Notes under the pieces: generated by a model
What the model saw: only the letters and a program-made list of their open reading frames with translations
What the model was told of the DNA's origin: nothing
The model's database searches: none
Shown: piece after piece, positions 13,150 through 27,189 of the stretch
How the letters are laid out: every line of letters starts with the position of its first letter
Numbering within the stretch: position 1 is the first letter of the stretch
Assembly: GCF_023055435.1 (NCBI RefSeq)
Contig: NW_025963791.1
Coordinates: 26,598,001 to 26,662,000, forward strand
Length of the DNA stretch: 64,000 nucleotides
Reading direction: 5' to 3'
DNA from: Haliotis rufescens
Taxonomy: Eukaryota
Made by a program: the position numbers and the translations under genes

Positions 13150-15551
13150 GCGTCACGCGTGAGAGAGCAGTGCCTCACCAAAAATGGCGTACCATCGTTA
13201 AACATACTTACGGCTAATGTTAACAATTTATATTCTAATTATGACTTCATTAAATGTCACATTGTCGTTTAGCTTGTTTAACTTTAAATATTTTGATTAA
13301 AATACACCAGGAACAGTTATTGAAGATGTATTGTTTAAATTGATAAACAGGTGATTGATACAAATGTTTTTTTACAAACATGTCATCGCTATTGTTTATG
13401 GCCATGTGGTAACAATATATACAAACGCGAGCTTATTTAGCGCATGTATGCTTGCCCCCGAATAAAATTAACACAAACACGTAAACATGTAATTGAAGTT
13501 TACGAAACGTAAACTTATAATCCAAAGTCAAACCGAATATCAGACCTAAACTGTATGGGCCTATGTGGGATTGATTGATTTTTTAAGTTACTTATTTCAT
13601 AATGAAATGTTTAATCTTAAAAGTATTCATTGAACTTCATTGTGTTATACCTTAGACTGCGTCCTATCTAACTACATAAAATATAGTAACCGCGTCAAGT
13701 GAACAGCCACCAAATTGTAAGCAAACAGCCTGACGCATAACAACCTGGAAGAGGGGCGGATATGATTTCATAACGGAATGTTCCTTATCGTCTGAAGCTG
13801 TACAGTGTCAATATTTACGTACAATCCAGTTTTCTGCACAACATGAGAACAGCCTTACCGCCAGATATCTTACGGTGTAGCCATTCATTCAAGTAAAGTA
13901 GAAGTCACATGATTTCGTGATGGTGGCTCGTATCGAGACAATAGCGGGCTGGGTTAGACGCGTTTTCTTGAAAGCCAGATAAACTTCCCGTTGAACTCGA
14001 ACCCCACCCACGGTTCAAGGCAAGAGGCTGGTTTTAGGAATGTTTGAACTATTTCTAACGGTGGTAAGTTATGCCCTTGTAACATGTACACTTGGCGAGG
14101 ATTGACGTCAGATGGCTCAGCACTGCCACGGATCTGACCACGAGACATATCTGTAACAATTATATAGGTCAACAGCACGTGTGGGTACGGGCGAAGAAAT
14201 CTAAAATACAATCGCGGGAAATAAATCTGCTGAATCATACGTTATTGACATATAACAAGCACTGCAATGGCAACTAGAATGTATCTGGATTTCTTGTAAA
14301 TATAACTTCGTTAGATGATATAACATGTGCTAACTATACTTTCAGTCCGCGTGTGTGTGGTGGGTGGATGGAGGGGGGTGGGGGGGCGTTCAAAAACAAC
14401 TTATCTATGGCCTTACCTTGTTCAGTGAAAGTCCTGTCCGTATGTTGTATGGAGTTATCCAAGTATCCGTTATGAATGGGTATCCATTCTCGGGTCAGTC
14501 AACACGTTTTCCAGAGTGTCAACACACGTATCTGGTCTAAAACGGCGTCACTCTCAACACATATTAATCCTATGAACCAGAAGAATGCGTCTTCAACTTA
14601 ATATCTCACAATGTCAAATCTACCCTTTAAACAAACACAGAGCAAGCCAATGAGCAAGGGAGTCGCCCTGTTCTACCCGACGACCACCTGTGTACTAATA
14701 GTGTACCCGACTTCACGAAGAGATAGGTGTTAATCATCACCCCCACGTCCTGTTATGATTTTGACGTTTTCTCACCCTTGGACGATCAGAGCCACTAGTT
14801 GAATGGTATTGACAGCCATACGGAAGTTGTCATGGTGTTGAAGGTGATATCGACGGTAACCATCCAACCCACGTCGGTATGTTATCGGAACAACTGTTTA
14901 CACCAACTTAATGTCGCTCCAAGTCCGTGTTATGGGTGCTCCTACGTATAAGCGGTGTCAGAAAACGTCTGCACTGTCGTCTGCTCACACCGCGCACTGC
15001 TCCAGCGACTCCGAATACCGAGAAATTTGATGTCCGTATGTTTGCCGAACTTAATACCCCTTCACGCGATCCATTGTGAGGATTTACAGCTCGACCATCA
15101 GGTGTGTGTCGCGGTTCATGTATGCCCCCAAACCCTCAGGAACGCCGAACTGAGACGACGGGGCGGTAGTGTCGGATTATGCGAGGGAGCACATACCACT
15201 CGACCCGATTCAGGGGGATAACTGCTGACGGCTCGGGAGATTCACCCGCTGTGTTTTCTCTGCTTCAGATGAGGGAAAGCTGTGGGGAGCCGGTTTGTTT
15301 CGCCTTTGGCAGGTTGCATATGAATCATAAACAACCGACTTGGTTGTTTGATAATTAACAGCTGATATCACGTGACTCACGCACACGAGGATATGAGGGT
15401 ATGACATGATACGTAATTTATTATCACTGGTTAATTATGAATTTAATATGTTATATAATTAACGATCAACTCTTTTAGCCTCATGTAAGTGAATCACAAC
15501 TGATTTATTGCTCGCGTGTACGTACTTACATGATACTTGAGGTAATGACTA

Positions 15552-15664
15552 CAGTAAACCCCGTTTGTCCTGGTCATGTGCTGTATATATGTATAAAACG
15601 AACTACGGTTATAACGAACTAAAATTAGTGGTCCCTTTGAGTTCGTTATAACCGTAGTTTACTG
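15552..15664. mobile_element. Short Tigger-like MITE (related fragment at 2595-2705)
   Basis: TA|CAGTAAAC...GTTTACTG|TA with internal ATAACGAAC repeats shared with 2595-2705. Confidence 0.7.
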
Positions 15665-16152
15665 TACACAGAAAAATACTCTTTTGCACTAAGCGCCCAC
15701 TCCGGACAGAACACAAACGTAACAATAATAATCTGGCACACATAATAACAATATGATATATATTTATAACATTATGACGTATGAATCGAATCGATATAAA
15801 AATTGCAAATAAATGTATTATTGAGCTAAAAGGGAAAAGTATACATGAATAACTTTATAACTTTATGACTTTTATGACTTTATAACGTGTGACCAAATAC
15901 TGTCTCGTATTTGATGGTTGTGTGGTGAAAACATATATCCCTGAAAACATATATTAGATATGAAGTACTTTAATACAGGCTTATTTACAAAGTTAGTTAT
16001 TTCCAACATTGAGCCTGAAGTGAAATTTCAAAATTAATATAATTCCTAAAAAATGCATAAATCTTCAATAGAAGATTCAGTCTGCTACATGAGGAGTAAA
16101 CTGTTTTGAGTTAGTATCTGTATACTTGCGACTCAACAGAGTGTCTGTATGT

Positions 16153-16480
16153 CAGTGAATGGTTTTACGCCGTTTTTAGCAATATTCCAGCAATATCACG
16201 GCGGGGGACACCAGCTTCACGCATTGTACCCACATGGGCAATCGGGGCGGTCGGGAAGCCTAGTGGTTAAAGCGTTCGCCCGTCACGCCGAAGACCCGGG
16301 TTCGAATCCCGACATGGGTACTATGTGTGAAGCCCATTTCTGGTGTCCCCCTCCGTGATATTGCTGGAATATTGCTAAAAGCGGCGTAAACCAAACTCAC
16401 TCACTCACACTCGCATGGGCAATCATACCCGGGTCTTCGGCGAGAGCGAACGCCTCAACCACTAGGCTACCTCACCGTCC
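16153..16480 (-). mobile_element. SINE family A with an inverted family A copy nested inside (16244-16413, plus strand)
   Basis: Inner TSD CATGGGCAATC; outer TSD TCTGTATGT. Confidence 0.92.
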
Positions 16481-17509
16481 TCTCTGTATGTTGTGCCTAA
16501 ACTTTGAAACGTGCAGTGATTCAAATACCACAAAGAACACAAACCTGTGTGTTTGCGTATGCCTTGTAAAAACAGGCCATGATCGATTGGAGTGTAACAA
16601 TCAATTACCCACAACATTACTGCTGATTCCCTTTACATGTGAGTAAGGTTAAACACCAACACGTGGTTGTCACATGTTATTGGTCAGACTGGGGTCCGTC
16701 TTAGCGTCATGCACGTTAAATATATATAAAAATGTGAACCTGTGATAACATGTCAATACATTCTTTACGGTTAGGTTTTAAATTCAACGTACAAGTGGAG
16801 GGGGGGGAGGGGGGTTGGGGGTATTTCTAAAACGTATCTAAAGTGTACGTCTTAATAATAAACTTGAGAATGAATAGAGGATATGCATGCAGTCACTGAT
16901 TGGTGGAGTCAGCGGAGTTAATACCTAAATAATTACATTATGTTTTTGGTGTCTGATTTCGTCATGCGGACTCATTACGGAGTTATTACTGTAGTAACTG
17001 TAGAAACGACTTGCCACCCGGAACTACTTTTCTCAAGGGGATTGGCGCACCCATGCATGGAACCATTGTAACGATGTCTGAAATAGTGGCGAAGATTTCA
17101 CGCTTCAGAAAAGAAGAAATATAAGTTCAAATGAGTGCGCTTGTAGTATTGATAGCTATGCGGACCTACATTAATAATTTCGCGTAAAATGTGGCCTCTT
17201 AACAGTCTCGCTGTCATCGCCTGATAACCTCTGGTTCGTTTATCTGGTAGACATAACGATGGCTTTATCTGAAATATATAAAAAAAACGTTTACAGGTTC
17301 GTGGGCTTGGACAGTGTTTGGCTGTATTTGACGCAAAACCTATTAGAAATGTTATTGCACATATTACCTACTTGCAATATAGTTTACAAATTACACATTA
17401 ATACATTTAACTCAATCGAAATCTTGTTGTATTTGTAATAATACAAATGCTGAGATACGTTGAAAAGTTTCAGGTTCATAGATCCTCCATGTTCATAAAT
17501 GTTAAGTGG

Positions 17510-17745
17510 TGCGTGGGTGGCCTATTTTGTCTAGGGCGTCGCAATTCGCTGTGCAGAGTTCCGCCCCTTAAGCGTGCCAGAATCCTATGATCGTGGTTCG
17601 AATCCTCTGATTATGATTCTACGTTTGTCTGTACCACACCCGTGCTCGCTGCAGTCACCAAAGTGGTAAACGTCTATTAACTCCTCCCACATCAAGCCGT
17701 GATAGAACTGAAACTGAACATACTGTTCAAGAGACGTTAAACCAA
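17510..17745 (+). mobile_element. SINE family B (diverged)
   Basis: Colinear similarity to 8389-8667; partial copies also at ~5960-6100 (-), ~7238-7444 (+), ~50170-50330 (+). Confidence 0.8.
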
Positions 17746-18279
17746 AGTGGCTCATATGTGTTGAGAAAAGCACACCAACATAACATACGGTCATATAAAC
17801 CGTCAGATGAGAGGAGCGGTTGTAGAATGCCTTGCTACAAGTTGCGTGTTGTGTTGACGCCTGGCTACGCTAGCGTCACATCGAACCCCGTTGTGCGTGT
17901 CTGATGTTAGTCAGTTAGTCGTATTTAGCGTTTCAAGAGGAAAACAAGAGCCTTAAAACTACCGCCTCTCTTAATGTAATTTCGCATGTCATATCGCAAG
18001 AACTCAGCAGTTATGAAGACCCTTACAGTACAAGGTGTCATGGTGGGTCATGAAACAAAACAAAAGCAAAAGCACTGTTGAAGTTATAGTGAAACAGGTG
18101 GATGACCCCAAGAAACAGCTGTGCAAACAATTTCTGTTTCTGATATTTTTTGGTGTTAAACAGGAAATGCCACAGGAAGCTACACTGCCTCGCTAAAAAC
18201 AACAACTACGCGTATCCCTCCATGGAGACTGACAGGGACAACATGCTCTGGTGGAGGTGTAAGCATGGGCTGGTTATGC

Positions 18280-18282
<3 letters not shown>

Positions 18283-18370
<88 letters not shown>
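18283..18370 (+). repeat. Compound microsatellite (CT)n(CA)n
   Basis: Direct reading. Confidence 0.99.
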
Positions 18371-19384
18371 ATCTTGTACACCACATATGTCGTGAGGGGC
18401 CAAGTCATGCTTGACGTGAGAGCCCAATGAAATTGATAATTGATACATAGATGTGTACGTCTTTGAATGGCTTTATAACACTCGCTCTTCAGAAGATGAA
18501 CATATAGCCTCAATGAGTGAAATTGGTTATACAGATACTTTGAACGTAAAGTGCACCATGACCCACATCTTCCACATGACAGAGAGTACGCTGGTCTAAT
18601 AAAGGTAACTAATAAAGGACCAATACAAATGTCACGTGAAAGGAACTTCCTTAACACATACGCATAGATACACCAGCACAGCATACGCCCATGCACGAAA
18701 CAAGCACCTGTCTTGGGACAGCTGAATGGCTGAGCCATAAAAAAAAGAATGCCTTTCTTTTCCAAGCCGGTTTAGACGTAAAGGCTTCGTTCTACAACTT
18801 ACTCCTTTCACGCAATGGTTACTTCAGACGGTGCTGTGGGAGTGTATCCAAATAAACCAACCCGCTACGTTAGCATTGATGATCACAAAACTATGTCAAG
18901 CAGCATAAATGAATATGCTCACGGAGTTCATGTGAATTGGCGTTTTATGGAGCTTATGTTGTACATCATTAGAAACAAACAGGAACATGGTGTCTGACTG
19001 CCGAAGTCGCCGCGTAGTTGTCAGCACCATTCAGCATTTCGTCCTTCAATACGGATGTTTTAGACATGACGACAGTTCCTCACCGGCATAATTACTATTC
19101 TATGAGCTGTGCTCGGGATTTTACGATACTTCATTTTTCTGGAATTGAGGAAAAAAACTTATGTTTTCAAGTATTCTCTCTTACAACCCCTACAGCATTT
19201 GTTCCTATAGAACAAGTCCATTTACAGCTCTAAACTTATGATACATTAAAGGTGTTTTTATAGAATGTACTAAACATTTGGAGATTTATTAAACCTTATA
19301 CATAACTTCATTGTGGAGACTACATGTTAATTAATGATTGACCCAAAGTGGGGTACATAGCCATACCCTATGACTGTCGCCAAG

Positions 19385-20095
19385 CGGGGATTCCAGTTCA
19401 GACTATATCACCAGTACACCACGATTGTCTCCAAGCGGGGACTACGCGACAGAGTATATCACCAGTACACCACGACTGTCTCCAAGTGGGGATTCCACGA
19501 CAGAGTATATCACAGTACACCACGACTGTCTCCAATGGGGATTCCACGACAGAGTATATCACCAGTACACCACGACTGTCTCCAATGGGGATTCCACGAC
19601 AGAGTATATCACCAGTACACCACGACTGTCTCCAATGGGGATTCCACGACAGAGTATATCACAGTACACCACGACTGTCTCCAATGGGGATTCCACGACA
19701 GAGTATATCACCAGTACACCACGACTGTCTCCAATGGGGATTCCACGACAGAGTATATCACCAGTACACCACGACTGTCTCCAATGGGGATTCCACGACA
19801 GAGTATATCACCAGTACACCACGACTGTCTCCAATGGGGATTCCACGACAGAGTATATCACCAGTACACCACGACTGTCTCCAATGGGGATTCCACGACA
19901 GAGTATATCACCAGTACACCACGATTGTCTCCAATGGGGATTCCACGACAGAGTATATCACCAGTACACCACGATTGTCTCCAATGGGGATTCCACGACA
20001 GAGTATATCACCAGTACACCACGATTGTCTCCAATGGGGATTCCACGACAGAGTATATCACCAGTACACCACGACTGTCTCCAATGGGGATTCCG
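19385..20095 (+). repeat. 50-bp minisatellite, ~14 copies
   Basis: Unit GGGGATTCCACGACAGAGTATATCACCAGTACACCACGACTGTCTCCAAT; two 49-bp variants; degenerate 5' units. Confidence 0.97.
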
Positions 20096-20599
20096 TCGTT
20101 GAATTTGTGTGATTAAAATATGACAATGTTCACGTGTGTTAGCTTGTCACAGAACTACCCAGCCAGCTCCATAACCTTGCAACTGGGTTATAACAACAAT
20201 ACCTATGTTTTTTTCGGGGAAAATTTTATTATAAACAAAAATCCACCTCATAATATCAACAAGATATGACATGTTCAAAATATTTTATGATAAATTTAAT
20301 GTATAAAACCATTGCAGGTATATTACACATTATACGTAGTAATCTGAAAGAGTTCTTATAAATGATTTAAACAATAAAAAAGACTAAAGGATTTCTTCCA
20401 TGTCAACACTGCCTTCGTATGATCTGTATCCCCTTCTACTGCATCTTCCGGCTTCCTGTTTCGCTGGGCCTGTTGCTTTTCTTTTGTTCTTTTTTACGTT
20501 TGTTCATTTTTTCATTAAGGCCTAATGTTCTTCATTTATTTGCATCATCCGCTGTTCTCAACATCCTCACAACCATCAACTCTGTTCGCTCCTCTTAGT

Positions 20600-21248
20600 C
20601 TACTTCTTGGCTGGCTTCTTCTTCACGGATGCCCGCTCTTCCTCCAGCTTCTTCAGTTTCTCCTCCCTCACCTGAAGCTGATGCTCAGTCTTCATTTTCT
20701 TGATAAACTCGCGACGTTTCTTTTCGTCCTTGACAGCTTTGTGCTTTATTTCTCTGTCCAGTTGTTTCCTCTGGACTTGTTCTACCAACCTGTATACAAA
20801 AACATGCAATCATGAATTAGATCCTTAAGAAATTTGGGAGATCAAGAAAAAGGCGCGCTTAGTTATATAAACGTTTTCAGTGTTTACAGTCTTCGTTCTA
20901 AAGATTTTACCTGTCAAATCGGAATAGATCAGCCTTCTGTCTCCTCAACTCAGCTGTGTAGAAGCATCGCACTGGGATTTGCTCCAGACGTCGGGGAGCT
21001 CTGCCACTGGGAACAACCCCCTCCACTGCTGGGACAGAGAAGGCAACTCCTCCGCTGGACTGACGGTCGTGGACCAAGCCCTCGTCTCGTAACTGTTGAA
21101 GAATCTCCGTCCCTGATAGGCGGGGTGTGGGCGGTGTCACCTGACACTTGGCGAAATATAACTCGTGAGGACAGTTGATCTTGCCCGTCAGAGCCTCCTC
21201 CGGAGAAGTCTGCTTGAAAGGCTTAACCTTGGTCTGTTTGCATCCCAT
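20600..21248 (-). CDS. Stathmin domain-containing protein 1-like (STMND1/CCDC198-type), 175 aa, 2 exons
   Basis: Exons 21248-20911 and 20789-20600, joined in frame by GACAG|gtaaaa...tttttgtatacag|GTTG. N-terminal MGC (myristoylation/palmitoylation-type). Motifs SGTEILQQLRDEGLV, GGVAFSV and RAPRRLEQI resemble recalled STMND1 motifs (SSDILEELIVQGII, GESYDV, KPPSRLKKL), followed by a charged coiled coil. Confidence 0.75.
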
Positions 21249-21334
21249 TTTAGACAGATATCTTTGCCATCGCTAAAAAGCACGGCGAGTCTCAATGAAT
21301 ATGGGCGAGATAATTACGTGACGACACAATAACA

Positions 21335-21361
21335 TGACGTCATAATACAGTGACGTCACTG
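21335..21361. promoter_or_regulatory. Tandem CRE palindromes upstream of the STMND1-like gene
   Basis: TGACGTCA at 21335-21342 and 21351-21358 (extended palindrome CAGTGACGTCACTG), ~90-110 bp upstream of the ATG at 21248. Confidence 0.55.
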
Positions 21362-23799
21362 ACTCTATACCATTCCATTCATTCGTAACCAACTCGTGGT
21401 ATTCCGGGAGAAGCCGAATTGGAGGTTAAGGAGAGGGGCGAGTGCTGACGAATGCATTCCATTTTGAACAGCCTCTCCTTCTGCGAGATATATTGTTTTA
21501 TTGATGTTTTGAAGTCGCACCTCATCATTTGCAAAACTCTTACTTGGATAATGATGCCTGAATTGACAACTGTTATAATGTGACATAACAATATCATATA
21601 GTGACTTCACAAACAAAGGATACGGCCACCTTTTCGAAAACACCTGGATTCCTCACTAGTTGATAGCGATTCATTAACACATGCTTATGCTGTAGTTGGA
21701 ATTGTACAATGGACTCTTTTTGACAGAGATTTTTTCTTTCTTATGAAGAATTAGTTGAATTGTATGTATTTGTGACCAGTAGATGGCGAATACAATCGAA
21801 GCAGTATAAAGTTATGATTTATTATATTGTTTATTACTCTACTGTATGTGTTCTAAGTGGATATCGAAGTGAGGTAGTTATTGAAGAGTCAATGAGTAAT
21901 TGATTTAGGATTTCCACCACATATCACATTTCACAGTGTGTAAAATCAGAAGAACCCCAGTGATCATATAGTAAATGTATATCACCTTAGTACAGATGTT
22001 ACGGGGTATGACAAACGGGATGAAAATGATTCCATGCAAAATCACATGCATCGACACCTTCCTGCTTATAGACACAACTCTGCACAACCTAATCGTGCTG
22101 TTAAGATCACTTGGCCACTGAGCAGGTGAAGAACAGACTCACATGCAGTATTATCAGTGTGTGAGACACTTCTGGGCTCAAACATACTGGATACAATATC
22201 AGCAGCAGTAGCAGCAGCATCATCATACTAGTAATAATAATAATCCATTTACATGGTGCTTTTTCCATGCTGGAGATCATGTTCAAAGCACACTATGACC
22301 CTTGTCAGTTGATCAGTGCTCACTCGATTTCATTCTCAGTTCCCTCATGAACACCTGGTAGATTTAAATAGATAATAAAGCTCAGATGAGCCAGAGCCGG
22401 AAGTCTAGATAAGTCTTATTGAGTAAAGTGTAGTTCCTTTGCCATGATTCAAACAGATAACATCTAAGTGGAGTCTCGTCCATCTTTAAGGCCATTCCCC
22501 CATCAGAATAGGTCCCCTGCACCCTCTGCAGACTGAAACAAGTATCCAGTGGTCACAATGGTGACCTGACGGTAGTGTGTCATCACAACCCCGTGATGTG
22601 GGTCATTGCCCCAGCAGTCAGCAACTGGTTTGCCTGGATAAGACCCATTTATTTACAGGCTGCTGCACTGTAGCGACCATGTAGTTGACTGAAACTATAG
22701 AACAACATTCACACACTCACTAACATAATCTTTCCTCCAATCACAACCCTCCTTTCCTGCCCAAGCAATATTGCTGAAACAGTAAAAAATACAAAAGATG
22801 CCATGTACACAAAGGTCAAATACTTTATTACCATAGCACATTTGTTTAAACTGAAATGAAAGACAAAGTAAAAGACTGAATGTTGTCAGCTCAGAAGATA
22901 CATTCATTAACAATCCCTCTAGGATAATTATTTGACACCTGAATTACATATTTCTCAAGCTTCAGACACAAATGCAATTTAAAGAATGATGCAAACTAAC
23001 AAAACCCTTTCAAACAAACTTCAAATAAAAGTAATTTCTTACATGATAACCTAAATATTTACACTGTTCAATGAATTGCAGTTACAATTTAAAAACTGAA
23101 TCAATAGAAATAGTAACAATTCAGAATATTTTATTGTTTACATAACCATGTATAGACCTTAATCAGAACTCTTTATTATGCTCAGTGCACACAGGACGAA
23201 GACAGAATCAACACTACAATTTAAATTACTGGATCACAATCAGTACGAAATAAATATTTATAAATTACAAAACTTAAAACACTTGTACAAAACGTATTTG
23301 TGTACAAAATTCACAAACATTAATAAAACAGTTGAACGAAAACATGAAACATTTCCACGAAACTTATATGCAATTTTGAATAAAACACAAGGAACTATCT
23401 CAAAATACACAACTATTTCTATACATGACAGTAGGGCAATCGGGAATACTATAAACATATTCATGCTTTCAAAACTCCAATACACATACAAATAACAGTA
23501 AGGTCATCAATGTTAAAATCTGTTTGAATAAAATAACATATAAAAAAAACTATCTAAGTTAATGACTTTGTTATGATTGTTCCTGTTACATATGCTACCT
23601 CTGGAATAATAACAGAAATGCCCTTCATCAAGTGTGTGATAATTGTTTTATGCCATATCGGCAATTTTGCCATTCTGAAGATTATTGCTCTGTGGAAACC
23701 AATATCTACTAAAGGAATAATATTTGAGTATATGCAGGCTTAGAACTAAACTCAAAAGTTTGACTAGCCCGGGTAAAGATAAATTGCCTTTGTAATTTC

Positions 23800-23957
23800 T
23801 TCTTTGATAGGCATTTAGAAGTTGGAGCACTAAGTAAGGATAAGAATTTATGGATGAACAACTTCTTTATTACAATTTAAGAGCTTGATAACAGTGTTAG
23901 AACCTACACTGAAACGGCGCTCTTAAATTGTAATAAAGAAGTTGTTCATCCATAAAT
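23800..23957 (+). mobile_element. Penelope-like element terminal remnant (inverted pLTR-like)
   Basis: Perfect 39-bp inverted arms (23846-23884 / 23919-23957) around TTGATAACAGTGTTAGAACCTACACTGAAACG; same family as 63198-63440. Confidence 0.6.
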
Positions 23958-26900
23958 AAACAATGGGTAAATTTGGAAAAGCCCCGAGGAATTTGTGCTA
24001 GCGTTAATTTCTCACCTTGTTAATATGAATCATGTATATACTCTAACTATCTATCAAGTAGAGATCTGATGTTAAAGGACTAGCTCCACAGCCGCAACCC
24101 ATTTCCTGTCCAGGGTCCCAACCCCAAAAGCAATCTTAGCACTAAGACGATCATAACTCCTATACTATAACAAAGGCATTCAACAATCATAGCACTGTGA
24201 TGACTTTGTTGAATGGGACCCTGTTCTTGATGTTGTAATTAGTGCCATTTTTTAACTTGAGACATTCTTTGTGCATAATCAGGGCAATCGTCAGCTGAAA
24301 GGTATGATGATATGCATAACATAATATAGACTAGCAGACAAACTAAAACATGAACGACTTGAGGCTAGTCCCTCCTTTAAGTTTTCACCCATCAATAATT
24401 CAGGCTTTTAATTCAAGAAATTAACAATTTTTGATTGACAATGTGCATATCGATCATCCTCATATAGAATGTCAATACATTTGGCTGGGAAACTGTGTAA
24501 AATCTAACAATGATTGAAAGAAGAGAACCTGTTTGTTCTATAGTTCCCCAATATAAGTATCATTATACAAACAAAAGAACATAACCATAAATACAAAATG
24601 AAATAATCGTTATAGTTATGCATTGATTCATTAATGTAAAGTCCACGTATATAATACATTAACATAAAAAATGAATACATTGCCTAAATAATTACCAGTA
24701 CAATGTAAGTGAATTACTTTACATGATATATACACCTATTTACAAATGCTTACTGAGAAGTAATTAAAATCAATTTATCTTATCACAACTGAAAAACCTT
24801 CAGAGGTGTGGTGAAACTTGAAGTTGTAAACATTTTACATAGAACAAACGAGGGTTTGCCTTTCCTGCTGTTATAAAAACCATCAAAGTTATTCTCAAAT
24901 ATCAAAAGGATTTAAAAGTTATTACTTATCTGGTATTTAATTACAAAACCTTCTTTAAATATATTTCCTTTACTGAAGCTCACTATTTAAGCTGATGTAG
25001 ATTAGAATGGTGACAGCCAAAACTATATTATTTATATTGAAATGATGATAAATAGGTGCAGAGCATTTGGACAAACACGCTTTCTTGATGGTAATCATAA
25101 TTTGTCAAATATACTGTCCAGGTGAAAATCTCATGTAACTTTGGAATCCCAAATATGAAATTCCTCGAAAAGTTGTATTCATTATGGAAGGTACCCCAGC
25201 AACACTTTTTGTCTATATTTGAACTTTTGGTAGCGAATTTGAAGTTGCAAGAATTAATCCTGACCTACCCATGGTAACGTCAGATCAATTTCATCCTAAA
25301 CACAAAATGAAACAAGCTTGTGCATTCACAAATTAAATATTCTTTCTTTGGGATTTGTAGAGGAAGAGCTCAAATATTTCTTAAGTAATCAATAATTGTA
25401 CTCTTTGTAGTCTTATAAAAAACAACTTGGAAACATTTCAGACTGTAATGGTTAGGAACGCCAAAATATTTCAGCTCAGTCTTTCAAGCAGTAAGAAGAG
25501 GTAAAACATGAAAACCCATATGACTGACAACCCTGACTCAGATGGATCTGATCATATCCATATCTTCCAACTAAATTATATGCACAGAGTACAAAAAAAT
25601 AGCCATGGGATAAAATAACCACAAAATGGATTTCTTCCGTATTATCACAAGAAAGAGGTTAATAAGTGATGTAGCAGATTAAATCACAATCTGTCTACGA
25701 TAAGCTAATGCATTGACAGTGGAGCTACCACCACGCCATGGGGCAAATGTCATGGATGGTAAGTTTTAAAACTATCATAAAAGTGTATGTCCAAGGCACA
25801 GGGACAAGTGACCATTTAGACCATAAATGTTCTTAATACATTTCACTAATCATGATAATCCTAATAGTAGGATATGTATAAGTTCATCGTCATGTCAAAA
25901 GTGATTAGGACACAATATCCATGTTCTATACAATATTCTTTTGCGAAGTAAACTTATATTTTTGTGAGGCAAAATAAATAATTTAGTACACATGTATCAC
26001 TTCTCAAGATGCTGTTGTCAACAACATTTTACTAATCCTGTACTATTATACACCTAAAAGGGAATAAAGATAATGTTTGGAAAATAATTATGCAACACTG
26101 ACTGCAGGCTCACATGCAATTTCTGATATTGTCTAACAAGTCTATATCCTCACAACATAAATAACAGATACTTATATAAATTGGCAAGATAATTACATAA
26201 TCAGAGTATGCTAAAGCATATTTGATATTTAAACCATCCAGAGGATAACAGCATTTACCAACATCAAAATGCAGATAAGATCAGTAAGCCAAATCAAGTG
26301 TATAAAAAAGCCCCATATATACATATAATACAAGCAATAACTCAAACTTGGCCCACTTCTGGATTAAGAGGAAGCAACAGATAACAAAAATCATATCACA
26401 TCATAAACAATATGTAGCAAACAAGCCAACCTATCATGGTTCTTAGCAGCACATACACCCCACGTGTACAGAACATCCATCACCACCCATAACAGTGGAA
26501 ACAATCAGAAAATATTGCGTGGGATTTTAAATATTAACTAGTGAATATTTACAAAATTCTGACTAAATTAACAAATACCGTTCATGACAAGCCACTAATT
26601 ACCATGCTTCAGCACTGAGACGATAAACACGAGTTGGGCAATAACAGCACGAATGACGTAAAATCAGGAATGTAGTTCCGATTACTACTACTGAAACAAA
26701 TGATTGTGTTCCTTCTTTGTAGGGAATTCTTGTGCAGTATGTTGACAATACGTCAATACAGTTGATATCATGTATATGATGATTTGATATGATCACAGTA
26801 ATTGTAACACAGTACTGAGGTACAAAACTTCACCTTGCTGAGGTGGTACTGATACCAGTGAAGGAAATTATTTTTAATGATGCTCTTTCAGTATCAGGTG

Positions 26901-27025
26901 GGCGTCAGCTCAAAGCATACAGGTTGTACACATTACCAGGATCGTGGGTAACTTCCCGATGGCCCAAGCACACCAGTTTTGGATTTGAACACACACCACG
27001 ACAAGCACATTGATATTCGTCCTTA

Positions 27026-27189
27026 TGGGTGAGTATCGTTTTACGCCGTTTTTTAGCAATATTCCAACAATATCACGGCGGGGGACACCAGAAATGGGAT
27101 TCACACATTGTACCCATGTCAGGAATCGAACCCGGGTCTTCGGCGTGAAGAGCCAACGCTTTAACCACTTGGCTACCTTACCTGCCCCC
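27026..27189 (-). mobile_element. SINE family A
   Basis: Full-length match to other copies. Confidence 0.88.

Noticed and set aside
16244-16320. tRNA-like sequences (A/B boxes, GTC anticodon-like loop; Leu-like heads at 8389 and 35627)
   Set aside because: They are SINE heads with body, tail and TSDs, not complete tRNA genes.
18150-18765. ORFs with SL/RE dipeptide runs
   Set aside because: Products of the (CT)n microsatellite.
19348-20116. Three overlapping 225-254 aa ORFs
   Set aside because: A stop-free 50-bp unit cycles through all three frames; repeat artefact.
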